Assembly (NCBI GenBank): GCA_001786955.1
Contig: MFUM01000001.1
Location: forward strand, 410-64,409
Length of the DNA stretch: 64,000 bases
Origin: Candidatus Nomurabacteria bacterium RIFCSPHIGHO2_12_FULL_42_19
Lineage (GTDB): Bacteria; Patescibacteriota; Minisyncoccia; Phycocordibacterales; UBA9973
Reading direction: 5' to 3'
Both the position numbers and the translations under genes were made by a program. The stretch's first letter is position 1. Each line of letters begins with the position of its first letter. Under the pieces are notes generated by a model that saw only the letters and a program-made list of their open reading frames with translations, was not told the origin of the DNA and did no database searches. This document shows positions 1 through 9,336 of this stretch, in pieces.

Positions 1-46
1 AAAAACAGCAATGTTTTTGTAAATGCGTTGTCCTAGCTCTTTGAAA

Positions 47-90
47 CCCCGACGCCTTTCGGGTCGGGGCCCCGACTTTTTACGTCGGGG
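47..90. repeat. CCCGAC-type double-hairpin REP-like element, copy 1
   Basis: ccccgac-gcctttcgg-gtcgggg followed by ccccgac-tttttac-gtcgggg; related copies at 3291-3333 and 33801-33842. Confidence 0.8.
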
Positions 91-155
91 TTATTTTAGA
101 AAACTACTTCTCAAAAAAACAAACAAGCTTGCACTTGTTCTCAAAAACTATTCAT

Positions 156-240
156 TTGTCAAAGAGGAGGTAAATTAAAACGTCATTCCACTAAAGGAAA
201 GACGCTGAAACAGTATATACCGGCTCCGAACTACTGTCAA
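156..240 (-). promoter_or_regulatory. Strong sigma70 promoter with boxA-like motif, probably the leader of an rRNA gene left of the window
   Basis: Minus strand TTGACA (240-235), 17 nt, TATACT (217-212); downstream CTCTTTGACAA (166-156) resembles rRNA boxA; no ORF follows within the window. Confidence 0.6.
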
Positions 241-340
241 CAGGTAATAGGGGTTCAAGTTATGCACTTTTGGCGGCTATTGGCCTTAATATATTTTGGT
301 ATAATTCGCTGTGTATTATTCCTAACAAAAAACTATTTTT

Positions 341-2644
341 ATGATGAAAAGCAAGAAGTTTTTCGTGGTGCTGATCGTGCTGGTAATCGTGGGCGGCCTG
401 TCTTTTGCCTTTAAAATCTGCCCACCTTCAGGGCCATGGCCGACCCCGCCGTGGTGTTCAGGTTCGGGTTTTAGCCTGCCATTCGGCATAGGTTCACCCA
501 CACAAAAACCACCGGCTGGAATAACGGACTTTGAAATTTCCAAGCCGAAATATATCGGCGCACGCGGCATGTTTTCCTTCCCTCCTTCTTGCACTCTGAT
601 TCCGGATAAAATCGCGCAGAGCGTCTGCGAAGATTTCAAGGCCGGAGCGATAATTTTCTGGCAGGAAGAAGCCTGCGCCGCGATGCCGATATCAACCGCC
701 GTCGACACCTGCAAGAACGAGCGCGCAAAACTTCAGGAAATTGGAGATGAAAAAATTACCACTTTGCGAAAAGAAAATCCAGAGTGGTGGAAACGCCCGG
801 ATTTGAATGTATATGTTTATGGCGACACTCGCCTGCGCACCGAAGAGCTCCGGCCGGATGTGAGTGTTTGGGGCGGAGGTTCCTACGATGGCTGGCGCAA
901 TGACGAGATTTTTATGACGCACGCCGCTGGCATTTTCAAAATCGTAAGCCATAGCTTCGGCTATTTGGGAGGCAATGACCTAGATTATATGAGGGGCAGC
1001 TTGATTAAAGACGAAGGCATCGCCATTACCGGACCGGCGGACCTGCAAAAGCCGGAAGTGTTGAAAATCAAGAATGATTTTGAATATCTGAAATCCAAAT
1101 CACCGATTTATCAGAAGTTGGCGCCAGCTATTGCTAAGGATTTCGATAATCACGATATCGTTGTAGATTATACTTTCCCCGATGGTTCCAAGGCCATTTC
1201 TAATATTTTGGCCAATGCAATCATACCGGAGTTTAAAAATTATTTGATTCAATATTACAAATGGCAGGTGGATGCCAACACCGACGGGATGTTCGTGGAC
1301 GATCTCGCCGGACTTTCCCCCGCCAATTCCTGGAATGAAAACATAATGAAACAATTTGGCGCCTGGCTCGCCGCTAAGCCCGATAAGTCGGAGCTCGCTC
1401 AATACGGAGTGAAAAACTGGACCAGTTTTAATTATCGCGATTTCCTGCATGGCAAAGGCTATACTAAAACAACAATTGACAATACCGTCGGCAAGACTAT
1501 CGGCGCGTCCAATGCCTGGCGAAACATTCCGCTCATGGTGGAGTTCCGCACTTTCCTAACGGAAGAAAACCAGAAAGCCCTAATTGATATCATCACTCAG
1601 GTAAAAGCATACGCGAAAGAGAAGGGATTGAAAAAATTTGTCGTTACCGGAAACTCCGGAGAATTAGCTCCTTCCGGCGCGTTTATTGTTCCTTACTTTG
1701 ATTATTTCACCTTCGAACATGCTTACCTAAAGGGCAACAATCCGCTCATTTTTCAGAGTGTCATTCCGCTTTCTCATCTGGCTCTCGCCAAGGAAAAGCC
1801 GGTCGCCAACCAGATTTTAGTGGACAACTGGAATGTGCTCGCGCACGATACCGCAGCTCCGCTCAAATACGACCTGATGCGGCTCGGAATCATGGAAAGT
1901 TATGCCGCTGGCAGCACGACTTCTTATGTACGATATTCACTGAATGATCCACGACAAAAATCAAATAAAATGAATGATATATATTTCGCGCTAGAAGATC
2001 GCACAGATTTGAGGGAAGTACAAAAGGCATATGGATTTATACGCCACAGTTTCGATACCTTCCGTGACTTTACCAATTCCACAGCAAAAGTCGCAATAAT
2101 TTATGATAATAATGAAGTGGTGCGAGAATGGAAAGATGCGCTCACTGCTGACCACCAGTATTCGGTAGAAAATATCGGCAAGGATTTATACGCGGCCGAT
2201 GTAGCTTACGATGTAATCAATTGGCAGGAATTAGCCATGAACAACAAACAATATCAATATGTCATTTTGCCTATAATGCATAAGACCAGCCCGGATTCTA
2301 CAGCAGCGCTGCAAAAAGCAAAAGATGTGGGAGTAAAAATAATAAATGAATCGGCCGTCAGCTCGGTATTCGGAAATATTCCCGTCCTGAAACTTCCGCC
2401 CAAAATGAAAACGTTGATTAAGACTGACGCTAAGGGGAATATGGTAGCACATCTTTTCAACTATAATTACGACGCTTTTGGATTTAAAACACAAAAAAAT
2501 ATTCCAATCAATATCAGCTTTTTTGGTACAGCAAAAAAAATTACTTTCGCCTCACTCGAAAATCCAGACCCTGTTGAGCTAGATTTAAGTAAGCCCATTA
2601 TTCTAAGTCTCTTAACCTATGGAATGTTGGTTATAGAAAAATAG
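341..2644 (+). CDS. Secreted or membrane-anchored putative glycoside hydrolase (TIM-barrel-like, with GH42-like C-terminal region)
   Basis: 767-aa ORF; N-terminal hydrophobic segment; DGMFVDD motif typical of GH-A/GH-D-like barrels; C-terminal AKVAIIYD...YQYVILP resembles the beta-galactosidase trimerisation domain. Confidence 0.55.
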   Translation: MMKSKKFFVVLIVLVIVGGLSFAFKICPPSGPWPTPPWCSGSGFSLPFGIGSPTQKPPAGITDFEISKPKYIGARGMFSFPPSCTLIPDKIAQSVCEDFKAGAIIFWQEEACAAMPISTAVDTCKNERAKLQEIGDEKITTLRKENPEWWKRPDLNVYVYGDTRLRTEELRPDVSVWGGGSYDGWRNDEIFMTHAAGIFKIVSHSFGYLGGNDLDYMRGSLIKDEGIAITGPADLQKPEVLKIKNDFEYLKSKSPIYQKLAPAIAKDFDNHDIVVDYTFPDGSKAISNILANAIIPEFKNYLIQYYKWQVDANTDGMFVDDLAGLSPANSWNENIMKQFGAWLAAKPDKSELAQYGVKNWTSFNYRDFLHGKGYTKTTIDNTVGKTIGASNAWRNIPLMVEFRTFLTEENQKALIDIITQVKAYAKEKGLKKFVVTGNSGELAPSGAFIVPYFDYFTFEHAYLKGNNPLIFQSVIPLSHLALAKEKPVANQILVDNWNVLAHDTAAPLKYDLMRLGIMESYAAGSTTSYVRYSLNDPRQKSNKMNDIYFALEDRTDLREVQKAYGFIRHSFDTFRDFTNSTAKVAIIYDNNEVVREWKDALTADHQYSVENIGKDLYAADVAYDVINWQELAMNNKQYQYVILPIMHKTSPDSTAALQKAKDVGVKIINESAVSSVFGNIPVLKLPPKMKTLIKTDAKGNMVAHLFNYNYDAFGFKTQKNIPINISFFGTAKKITFASLENPDPVELDLSKPIILSLLTYGMLVIEK

Positions 2645-2648
2645 TTAT

Positions 2649-3290
2649 ATGGCCACAAAATTAATATATTTTGTGCGGCATGGGGAAACCGAAAATAATG
2701 CGAACAACATCAGGCAGGGAGCGGAAGGCGCCTTGACGGAAAAAGGCCGGGAGCAAGCATTTGCCGCCGCCAAAAGATTCCCGAAACACAAAGGCTGCCC
2801 CCAAGCTATTGTCTCAAGCCCGTATGAGCGCACCAAAGAAACCGCGGAAATTATCAGCAAGGAATTGAAAATGCCGGTAGAATATTCCGACCTACTGGTG
2901 GAGAGGAAAAATCCTACCGGAATAATCGGCCGTTGGGGAGGAGAAAGGGATGTCCGGCAGATTATAGACCGTATTGATAAAAGCTATCATGCCGATAATT
3001 TGCGGGTTGCGGATGAAGAAAATTTTATTGACCTGAAAAAAAGGGCAAAAAAATTACTGGCTTACATTACACGGAGACCGGAAGAAAGAATTATCATGGT
3101 CACTCACGGCATTTTTTTAAAAATGGTGGTGTCTTATATGCTTTATGGAGACAGCCTCACGGCTTCGCAATATAATAACCTGAGTTATTTTAATCCGATA
3201 AATAATGCCGGCATGGCTATAGCTTCATATAAGAGTCACTGGTTCAAGAAAGACGAGTGGAAACTCATCGTCTGGAACGATTTAAACTAG
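2649..3290 (+). CDS. Histidine phosphatase (phosphoglycerate mutase family)
   Basis: FVRHGET, SSPYERTKETA and VTHG motifs. Confidence 0.9.
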   Translation: MATKLIYFVRHGETENNANNIRQGAEGALTEKGREQAFAAAKRFPKHKGCPQAIVSSPYERTKETAEIISKELKMPVEYSDLLVERKNPTGIIGRWGGERDVRQIIDRIDKSYHADNLRVADEENFIDLKKRAKKLLAYITRRPEERIIMVTHGIFLKMVVSYMLYGDSLTASQYNNLSYFNPINNAGMAIASYKSHWFKKDEWKLIVWNDLN

Positions 3291-3333
3291 CCCCGACGCC
3301 CTTTGGGGTCGGAGCTCCGACTTTACGTCGGAG
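3291..3333. repeat. CCCGAC-type double-hairpin REP-like element, copy 2, between convergent genes
   Basis: ccccgacgccctttggggtcggag-ctccgactttacgtcggag. Confidence 0.8.
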
Positions 3334-3340
3334 AGAATAA

Positions 3341-3598
3341 TTACGAAAGATGCTTGGAGACGAGTTTGGTCATTTCAAACATATTGACCACCCCCTTGCC
3401 GCCAAACACTGCCTTTAATTTTGCATCAGCGACAATGTTGCGCTTGTTCTTTGGGTCCTGAAGATTGTTCTTTTTAATGTATACCCACAAAGCTTTGACC
3501 ACCTCGGAGCGAGGCATAGGACCAGCGCCCACAACTTCTGCTAATTCAGGACTTATCTTCATCGGCTTCATAAATGCGGAAACTTTTTTATCTGCCAT
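3341..3598 (-). CDS. SWIB/MDM2 domain protein
   Basis: SPELAEVVG..PMPRSEVVKALWVYIKKNNLQDPKNKRNI..DAKL signature. Confidence 0.92.
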   Translation of the reverse strand: MADKKVSAFMKPMKISPELAEVVGAGPMPRSEVVKALWVYIKKNNLQDPKNKRNIVADAKLKAVFGGKGVVNMFEMTKLVSKHLS

Positions 3599-3644
3599 AA
3601 ATCTATATTGTTAAACTATTAATATGTCCCCAGTATACCATATT

Positions 3645-4292
3645 CTACCGAATACCGGTATCGCAAGATATCTGTACAGCTGTATATTGCCCACTTTTTA
3701 CTGAAGCGGAAACTTCCCCACATCTTGGTAAAACTTTGCCGCCTTGTGCCTGCAGTGTATATACGTCTGGAAGAAGGTCGACACTAAATGCGCCTTTTTC
3801 GTCGCTCTGAACTGTCTTCATAATCTGCTTGTCAATATCTCTTATGATGCTAATTGAAGTTGAATAAAATTTCGGAACGCAATTGGGGTCAGGCGGCACG
3901 CGTTCTACCGAACAAGTAGGACTTAAGGTCACCACGCCGGTAATGCCGCTTTTGTTTGGCGTAGAATCAATAGTTAAAACTGTCACTTCTCCTTTTTCAC
4001 CCGTAGTATATGAAAAATTTCTTGTTTCTTGTATATGCCCGTCCTCGTATTCCACCATGCCGGAATTTGTTTCTAAATCAATCGTACTAGAAACGACATA
4101 CCAAGTCCCACCTAAAACAGCTTGGACTGGAGAAAGCTTTGATATATTTTCACGCAAATAATTTTCCACATTTGCTCTTTCGGCTGAATTTTGGTCCATT
4201 GCCGCCGGAGCAAGTGCTTCTTTCCTGTTAAAAAAATAGAAAACCCCCAAAATAATGCCTATCGCAACAATCGCCAGCAGTATTTTTTTCAT
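3645..4292 (-). CDS. Membrane-anchored hypothetical protein with C-terminal carboxypeptidase-regulatory-like beta domain
   Basis: N-terminal TM helix; GITGVVTLSPTC..VER..PNC and SDEKGAFSVDLLPDVY. Confidence 0.6.
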   Translation of the reverse strand: MKKILLAIVAIGIILGVFYFFNRKEALAPAAMDQNSAERANVENYLRENISKLSPVQAVLGGTWYVVSSTIDLETNSGMVEYEDGHIQETRNFSYTTGEKGEVTVLTIDSTPNKSGITGVVTLSPTCSVERVPPDPNCVPKFYSTSISIIRDIDKQIMKTVQSDEKGAFSVDLLPDVYTLQAQGGKVLPRCGEVSASVKSGQYTAVQISCDTGIR

Positions 4293-4298
4293 ATATAT

Positions 4299-4571
4299 TT
4301 ATTTTATCATAAAATCGTCGAATTGGCTTGTGGACGTTTTCCACTCCGCATCCATCTTTTCCACCTTGGCATGATAAGGGCCATCTGCGCACCATTCAAT
4401 TAATTTTTTTAAATCTTTTTCTTCACCCTCCGCCACAATTTGCACCATTCCGTCCGGCTCGTTCCTGGCCCAGCCGGACAAATTCAATTCTTTCGCTTTT
4501 TTCCGGCTGGAATCGCGAAAAAACACCCCTTGCACCTTCCCGTAAATTTTTAAAACTATCTGCTTTTGCAT
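4299..4571 (-). CDS. acyP: Acylphosphatase
   Basis: GKVQGVFFR and GWARNEPDG signatures. Confidence 0.95.
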   Translation of the reverse strand: MQKQIVLKIYGKVQGVFFRDSSRKKAKELNLSGWARNEPDGMVQIVAEGEEKDLKKLIEWCADGPYHAKVEKMDAEWKTSTSQFDDFMIK

Positions 4572-4590
4572 GAAACCGAGATATTTTTAT

Positions 4591-4986
4591 TTATCTGTTC
4601 AAATAAACAATGGTAAATTGCAAAATCGTCGCAAAAATGACCCAGAGCAGATACGGTACCTGGATATACGCTATCCATTTAGCATATGAATATATCACCA
4701 CCATCGCCCAGACTAGGGTGGAGAGGACGAGGATGATGTCGAGCCCCGCCAGTAGATTGTTCTTCAATCCGAACTGTATGTAGGTGAAAATGAAATTAAA
4801 GATTAGGTTCAGGATGAAAGGAATCGCAACCGTAAAAGGAATCTTCTTCTGTAGCGCCATCATGAAAACCCGCCCAAAAGAAATTGCTATTAAAATATAA
4901 AGGAAACTCCACACGGGCCCGAAGAGCCACGGCGGCGGCGCCCAAGTAGGTTTGATTAGAATCGAATACCAATTATATGCTTGCAT
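4591..4986 (-). CDS. tspO: TspO/MBR tryptophan-rich sensory protein
   Basis: WY..LIKPTWAPPPWLFGPVW and PYLLWVIFA motifs. Confidence 0.92.
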   Translation of the reverse strand: MQAYNWYSILIKPTWAPPPWLFGPVWSFLYILIAISFGRVFMMALQKKIPFTVAIPFILNLIFNFIFTYIQFGLKNNLLAGLDIILVLSTLVWAMVVIYSYAKWIAYIQVPYLLWVIFATILQFTIVYLNR

Positions 4987-4992
4987 CTTTTT

Positions 4993-5145
4993 TTATTTTT
5001 TCTTCGTATCAGCCCAAAAAAATATTATTCCTAAGGCTAAGAAGAGCACTACCTCTACCCAATTATGTTTCTGAAAAGCATTAAACAAGGCCGTTCCAAA
5101 AAATATTATAAATATAGCTAAATTCGCAAATTTTATATTTTTCAT
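4993..5145 (-). CDS. Small 50-aa two-helix membrane protein (not in ORF track)
   Basis: MKNIKFANLAIFIIFFGTALFNAFQKHNWVEVVLFLALGIIFFWADTKKK; fills the gap between arsR and tspO on the same strand. Confidence 0.6.
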   Translation of the reverse strand: MKNIKFANLAIFIIFFGTALFNAFQKHNWVEVVLFLALGIIFFWADTKKK

Positions 5146-5167
5146 ATTATTACATAACCATTCTACC

Positions 5168-5187
5168 ATTCGCGCGAATTAGAGATT
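5168..5187. promoter_or_regulatory. Palindromic putative ArsR operator, copy 1 (ATTCGCGCGAAT core)
   Basis: attcgcgcgaattagagatt is identical to 5506-5525; lies upstream of the small ORF/tspO unit. Confidence 0.6.
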
Positions 5188-5196
5188 GAATAAAAG

Positions 5197-5463
5197 TTAT
5201 ACCAAAGAGAGAATTTTGGAAACAACGGGATGGTTGTCTTTGAGCAAGGAATAAAGCATTGTCAGACTAACCTGCTCCTTCTCTAGTATATCAGCATTGG
5301 CAAGAATCATTAAGTGTTTTGACGTCGCCTTGAAGGAGAGTTTTATTGCGCCGGCAATTTCCCCTACCGAAGCGGGACCGGACTTTTTCAGAAATTTAAG
5401 AATTGCAATCCGGCGCTTGTTGGCTAAAGCCTTTAAAATTTTTTCAAGTTCTTTTTCCGTCAT
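5197..5463 (-). CDS. ArsR/SmtB family transcriptional regulator
   Basis: LKALANKRRIAILKFL...SVGEIAGAIKLSFKATSKHL..L winged HTH; start moved to the ATG at 5463, after a TATAAT. Confidence 0.9.
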   Translation of the reverse strand: MTEKELEKILKALANKRRIAILKFLKKSGPASVGEIAGAIKLSFKATSKHLMILANADILEKEQVSLTMLYSLLKDNHPVVSKILSLV

Positions 5464-5505
5464 AGATATATTATAGCAAAAGTTTCGCAATGCCACTATT
5501 CTCCT

Positions 5506-5525
5506 ATTCGCGCGAATTAGAGATT
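5506..5525. promoter_or_regulatory. Palindromic putative ArsR operator, copy 2
   Basis: Identical 20-mer upstream of arsR. Confidence 0.6.
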
Positions 5526-5548
5526 AGAGGATTTGGGGAATATTTTGG

Positions 5549-5586
5549 CATATACGTATTCGAATACGTATATGAATACGTATATG
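5549..5586. repeat. 26-bp perfect palindrome with hexamer-like (TACGTA/CGAATA) repeats
   Basis: catatacgtattcgaatacgtatatg (5549-5574) followed by another aatacgtatatg. Confidence 0.8.
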
Positions 5587-5837
5587 ATTATTCTTCTTTG
5601 TTTTTATCTTTCGGAAATTGATTCAAAAAATTCTGCAAACTCATGGCTTTTTCCAGTGCCTCCGGGATTACATCCCCTATTCTCATAAGCCTGCATACCT
5701 CGCAATCATCATCGTCGTAGTCTTCTTGTTTTTTGGGTTTTTGTTCATTTCATTACTCACTTTTTATAACTCCTGCCAGATTTCACATTACCTTGTTTTT
5801 GAATTTAAATTTTACTTTGGTTGGGCCTTGGCCGGTA

Positions 5838-5883
5838 TTTAAGCAAGAACGGTTCTTGTTTAAGCAAGAACGGTTCTTGCTTA
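5838..5883. repeat. 21-bp tandem duplication containing a palindrome
   Basis: tttaagcaagaacggttcttg twice; taagcaagaac-g-gttcttgctta is an inverted repeat. Confidence 0.85.
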
Positions 5884-6046
5884 TTACTGATGGAGATGAA
5901 GACATTATGGGGATGCCGTCGTAGAGGTTCTCTGCGTAACGAATTTGCTTTTGAATTTAAATGTTGCTTTAGCATTTTTCATTTTTGGGGTTAGCGGATA
6001 TGCGTATATGTATACATATGAGAACTAAGGGGTGATGCATTTATCA

Positions 6047-6739
6047 TTACTTAAATGGATGTTTTTTCAGGTAGTCATTTATCTTCTTCATTACTCTGTC
6101 ATTAATATCTCTTGACTTTAATACAACTCGATCAGCACGGTTTGCTCTAGTTTTAATGTTTTCTCTCCACAATTTTAATTTACCTTTAGTGTCTGTAGCT
6201 TCTATATTTGGAACCAATAAACTATTATATCCGGCTTCATTATTGTAATAACGACGATGGGTCATTAAAATTCTTTGATTCAAAATATCTTTGAAATCTT
6301 GGTCTTTGTCGAACTTCTTTATTTCAGTATCAAGATGAGCATCCCTGACTGTTCCATGACTTATTATTGTTCCTAACACCCCCATAGCTTTTTCATCAAA
6401 GCCAATTCTTAGTGCCTGATTAATAAACTGAACTAGTTTATCGCGGTAACCAGTAACCCGAAAAGTAAAATTCTCAAGATGATATAATGCATCAGCGAAA
6501 CAAATAGGTTCTCTTGCAGACAAAAGGTGCACTTGACCTTTTTTTATAAAACTAATCTGCTGGTGACACAAAGCTATTGACTCTTGAATTCTTTTATTAA
6601 TAATCCCAAGATCTCCTGTCAAATGAAGTATTTCATGGTGGTAAGCACGTGCTAGTTTTGTAAATTTATTTCCCTGAAAATCAAAAAAGTCCTGTGGTTT
6701 TTTGGTTTTTCTCTTCTTTTTTATATTTTTATTATTCAT
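6047..6739 (-). CDS. Putative HEPN-domain (Cthe_2314-like) ribonuclease
   Basis: ENFTFRVTGYRDKLVQFIN helix and R-x4-H motif (RILMTH); near the RM genes. Confidence 0.6.
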   Translation of the reverse strand: MNNKNIKKKRKTKKPQDFFDFQGNKFTKLARAYHHEILHLTGDLGIINKRIQESIALCHQQISFIKKGQVHLLSAREPICFADALYHLENFTFRVTGYRDKLVQFINQALRIGFDEKAMGVLGTIISHGTVRDAHLDTEIKKFDKDQDFKDILNQRILMTHRRYYNNEAGYNSLLVPNIEATDTKGKLKLWRENIKTRANRADRVVLKSRDINDRVMKKINDYLKKHPFK

Positions 6740-6872
6740 AACTTTATATAGTCTACTCTTTTAAAGAGTAAACTCAACCCACCACCAAAAGCTTACTCGT
6801 GATGCCTTCAACATATATAAGCACATCTTTGACTACATGATCTTTGAAAAAAATCAAAATGATACACATAAT

Positions 6873-7667
6873 TTATTGTGTATTTTTATACCATTTTACC
6901 CAACTATTTTTAGCATTTGCACCAAAATTATCATTGATACACACAGAATCCATTACATTATTTTTACAAAGTACAGCCTGACAATCATTCCAATCTTTAC
7001 ATTTATATTCAAATTCTAAAGAATCTATGGTACCAGAGAACACTCCACTCTTATCAAAAGGAGCTATTAATATCGGAGTTACACTTGGTGATGGGGTTGG
7101 CGGGTGTATCGCATCCCACAATCTAACAAGTTTAGTTGCTTCTCTTGTTGCTAAAAATTCTTTTTGAGTAGTAGACATTGTTTGTTTTCCAAATAAATCA
7201 ATAGTTATATTGATAGGGTTGTTTTTATCGAATATTCCCTTACTTTCGTCAGTTAAAGCTATGTTTAGACCTGAAGACTGACGTACTGCATTATATACAC
7301 CACTTACGGAACCAACATTTAAAGAAATAAAGTGTTTCTTGTTGTCGGTGAAAGAGCCTTTAATATTGAGTTTGGCAATTTGAAAATCACCAATTAAAGC
7401 CATACGGCGAGCCATTTTATCATAATTGTTTTTAGAGTAAGGGTCACCCATCATAGTATATTTATCTGAAGGTTTAATTAGCTCAATTTTTATTGTTTCT
7501 ATTGGTGTAATTAAGGGTGCTTGGTTTTGTGGTTGAGTTACTTCAGGAACTTCAGCTGTATTATTTTTTTCTGAGAGTTCAAAAACATATGAAATAGACC
7601 AAAAACCAAGGACTAAAGTAATTCCTAAAATTCCTAAATATTTAATTATTGGTGTTATTTTGTCCAT
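6873..7667 (-). CDS. Hypothetical membrane-anchored protein with Cys-containing C-terminus
   Basis: 264-aa ORF, single N-terminal TM helix, low GC. Confidence 0.7.
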   Translation of the reverse strand: MDKITPIIKYLGILGITLVLGFWSISYVFELSEKNNTAEVPEVTQPQNQAPLITPIETIKIELIKPSDKYTMMGDPYSKNNYDKMARRMALIGDFQIAKLNIKGSFTDNKKHFISLNVGSVSGVYNAVRQSSGLNIALTDESKGIFDKNNPINITIDLFGKQTMSTTQKEFLATREATKLVRLWDAIHPPTPSPSVTPILIAPFDKSGVFSGTIDSLEFEYKCKDWNDCQAVLCKNNVMDSVCINDNFGANAKNSWVKWYKNTQ

Positions 7668-8100
7668 TTTTTTTAATCAATCCAATTGTCAAAAATTTAT
7701 GTATAATAATTACTATTGGCACTGAAGCGATAGATACCAAAAGTTTATATCTGGCGGGAAATAAAATTTCTTTACCTATTAATTTTCTAGCTATTTTTTT
7801 CCCTATAAAATAAAATACAGATATTATTATTATCACGATACCAATTATCGCCGTCTTCTGTTCATCTCCTAGTTTATTAACAGAAGAAATCACATCCAAA
7901 ACATTAGGAAAGATTATGGCAGTGATTATTAAGCCGGAAACAGCAAAAAGTGCTTTAGAGCAGAAATCGAGGATTTCGGTATCCTCTGAGCTTTTCATCA
8001 TCCAATGATGAATTTTATATGTGTATTCAGAAAAAAACACAAAAACTCGGTTTAAAATTTTAAGCCCTTTTTTATAGACCTTAGAATAAAAAACTGCCAT
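7642..8100 (-). CDS. Hypothetical membrane protein (about 3 TM)
   Basis: 152-aa ORF with hydrophobic segments, overlapping the next gene. Confidence 0.65.
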   Translation of the reverse strand: MAVFYSKVYKKGLKILNRVFVFFSEYTYKIHHWMMKSSEDTEILDFCSKALFAVSGLIITAIIFPNVLDVISSVNKLGDEQKTAIIGIVIIIISVFYFIGKKIARKLIGKEILFPARYKLLVSIASVPIVIIIHKFLTIGLIKKNGQNNTNN

Positions 8101-8244
8101 TCTTTATATAATACATATTTAATTTCAAAAAACAATACAACATCACATATCCTCGTATACCACCATAAACTTGCTCAAATATCGATGTGTGGATAATTCC
8201 GCTTGTTTAGGTTATCTTTAGGTATTATAATTAACAGTATAAAT

Positions 8245-9336
8245 ATGCCCAAAATACTCACCTCACAACTTACAAAAAAACAGGCTCAACTTTTTGATTT
8301 CGTAGAAAAATTCCAGCAAAGAAAAAACTACTCCCCTGCCTTGCACGATATGGCAAATCATTTTGGTGTTTCAATACCTACGATTTCTCAACATGTAGAC
8401 TATTTAGAAAAAAAAGGTTATGTCGTGAGACAAAAAGGAGTAAAGTATTCTATCCAAATAATAAAAAATTTGCGTGATATAAAAGATGTCCAGCCAAATC
8501 CAACAGGAGAGATTTTTAATATAAGCAACAAAGAAAAATTACAGAAAAAAATTGAAACGGGATTAGGGAGTATTTTTTTTACTAAACAATATAAAATAAA
8601 TCAAATCTACAATATTAATTGTTTGGAGTTGATGAAAAATATAAGGGATAACTCTATAGAACTTATTTTCGCAGATCCACCATATAATTTGAGTGGAAGT
8701 AATTTTAAAATGAAATTTAAAAAATCAGGGGGTGCTGATTTAAATACTAATAAAGGTCAGTGGGATCATTACGGCGACATAGAATTTGAAGAATTTACAA
8801 GAAAATGGTTGACGGAGTGTTTCAGAATACTTAAACCAAATGGTTCTATCTGGGTTGCTGGATCTTATCACAATATTTATTTAACGGGTTACTTAATGAA
8901 AAAATTAGGTTTTGAAATTTTAAATGAGATCCTTTGGCATAAATCTGACGCAACACCAAATCTATCTTGTACAAGATTTGTAGCTGATCATGAGAACTTT
9001 ATTTGGGCCAGAAAAGGGAAAGGAAATATATTCAACTATGATATAATGAAAAAACTCAACGACGGAAAACAAATGCGTTCAATATGGACAAGAGGAAAAA
9101 CAGCAGGAGGAAAAAGAATCCACCCTACACAGAAACCGGAGTGGCTTTTAGAAAGAATAGTTATGGCAACCTCAAAAACTAAAAATATAGTTTTTGATCC
9201 TTTTATGGGATCTGGTACTACAGCCGTAGTCGCTAAAAAATACGGAAGGAAATACTTAGGTTCCGAATTAGATAGGGATTATTTTAAAAAAGCAATTGAA
9301 AGAATTAACCAAACTACATGCCAAAACATTATTTAA
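8245..9336 (+). CDS. LexA-type HTH fused to a beta-class amino (N6A/N4C) DNA methyltransferase
   Basis: N-terminal LTKKQAQLFDFV...YSPALHDMANHFGVS..TISQHVDYLEKKGY (LexA DNA-binding domain); DPPY precedes DPFMGSGTT; HPTQKP; DpnA-like PNLSC.RF. Confidence 0.9.
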   Translation: MPKILTSQLTKKQAQLFDFVEKFQQRKNYSPALHDMANHFGVSIPTISQHVDYLEKKGYVVRQKGVKYSIQIIKNLRDIKDVQPNPTGEIFNISNKEKLQKKIETGLGSIFFTKQYKINQIYNINCLELMKNIRDNSIELIFADPPYNLSGSNFKMKFKKSGGADLNTNKGQWDHYGDIEFEEFTRKWLTECFRILKPNGSIWVAGSYHNIYLTGYLMKKLGFEILNEILWHKSDATPNLSCTRFVADHENFIWARKGKGNIFNYDIMKKLNDGKQMRSIWTRGKTAGGKRIHPTQKPEWLLERIVMATSKTKNIVFDPFMGSGTTAVVAKKYGRKYLGSELDRDYFKKAIERINQTTCQNII

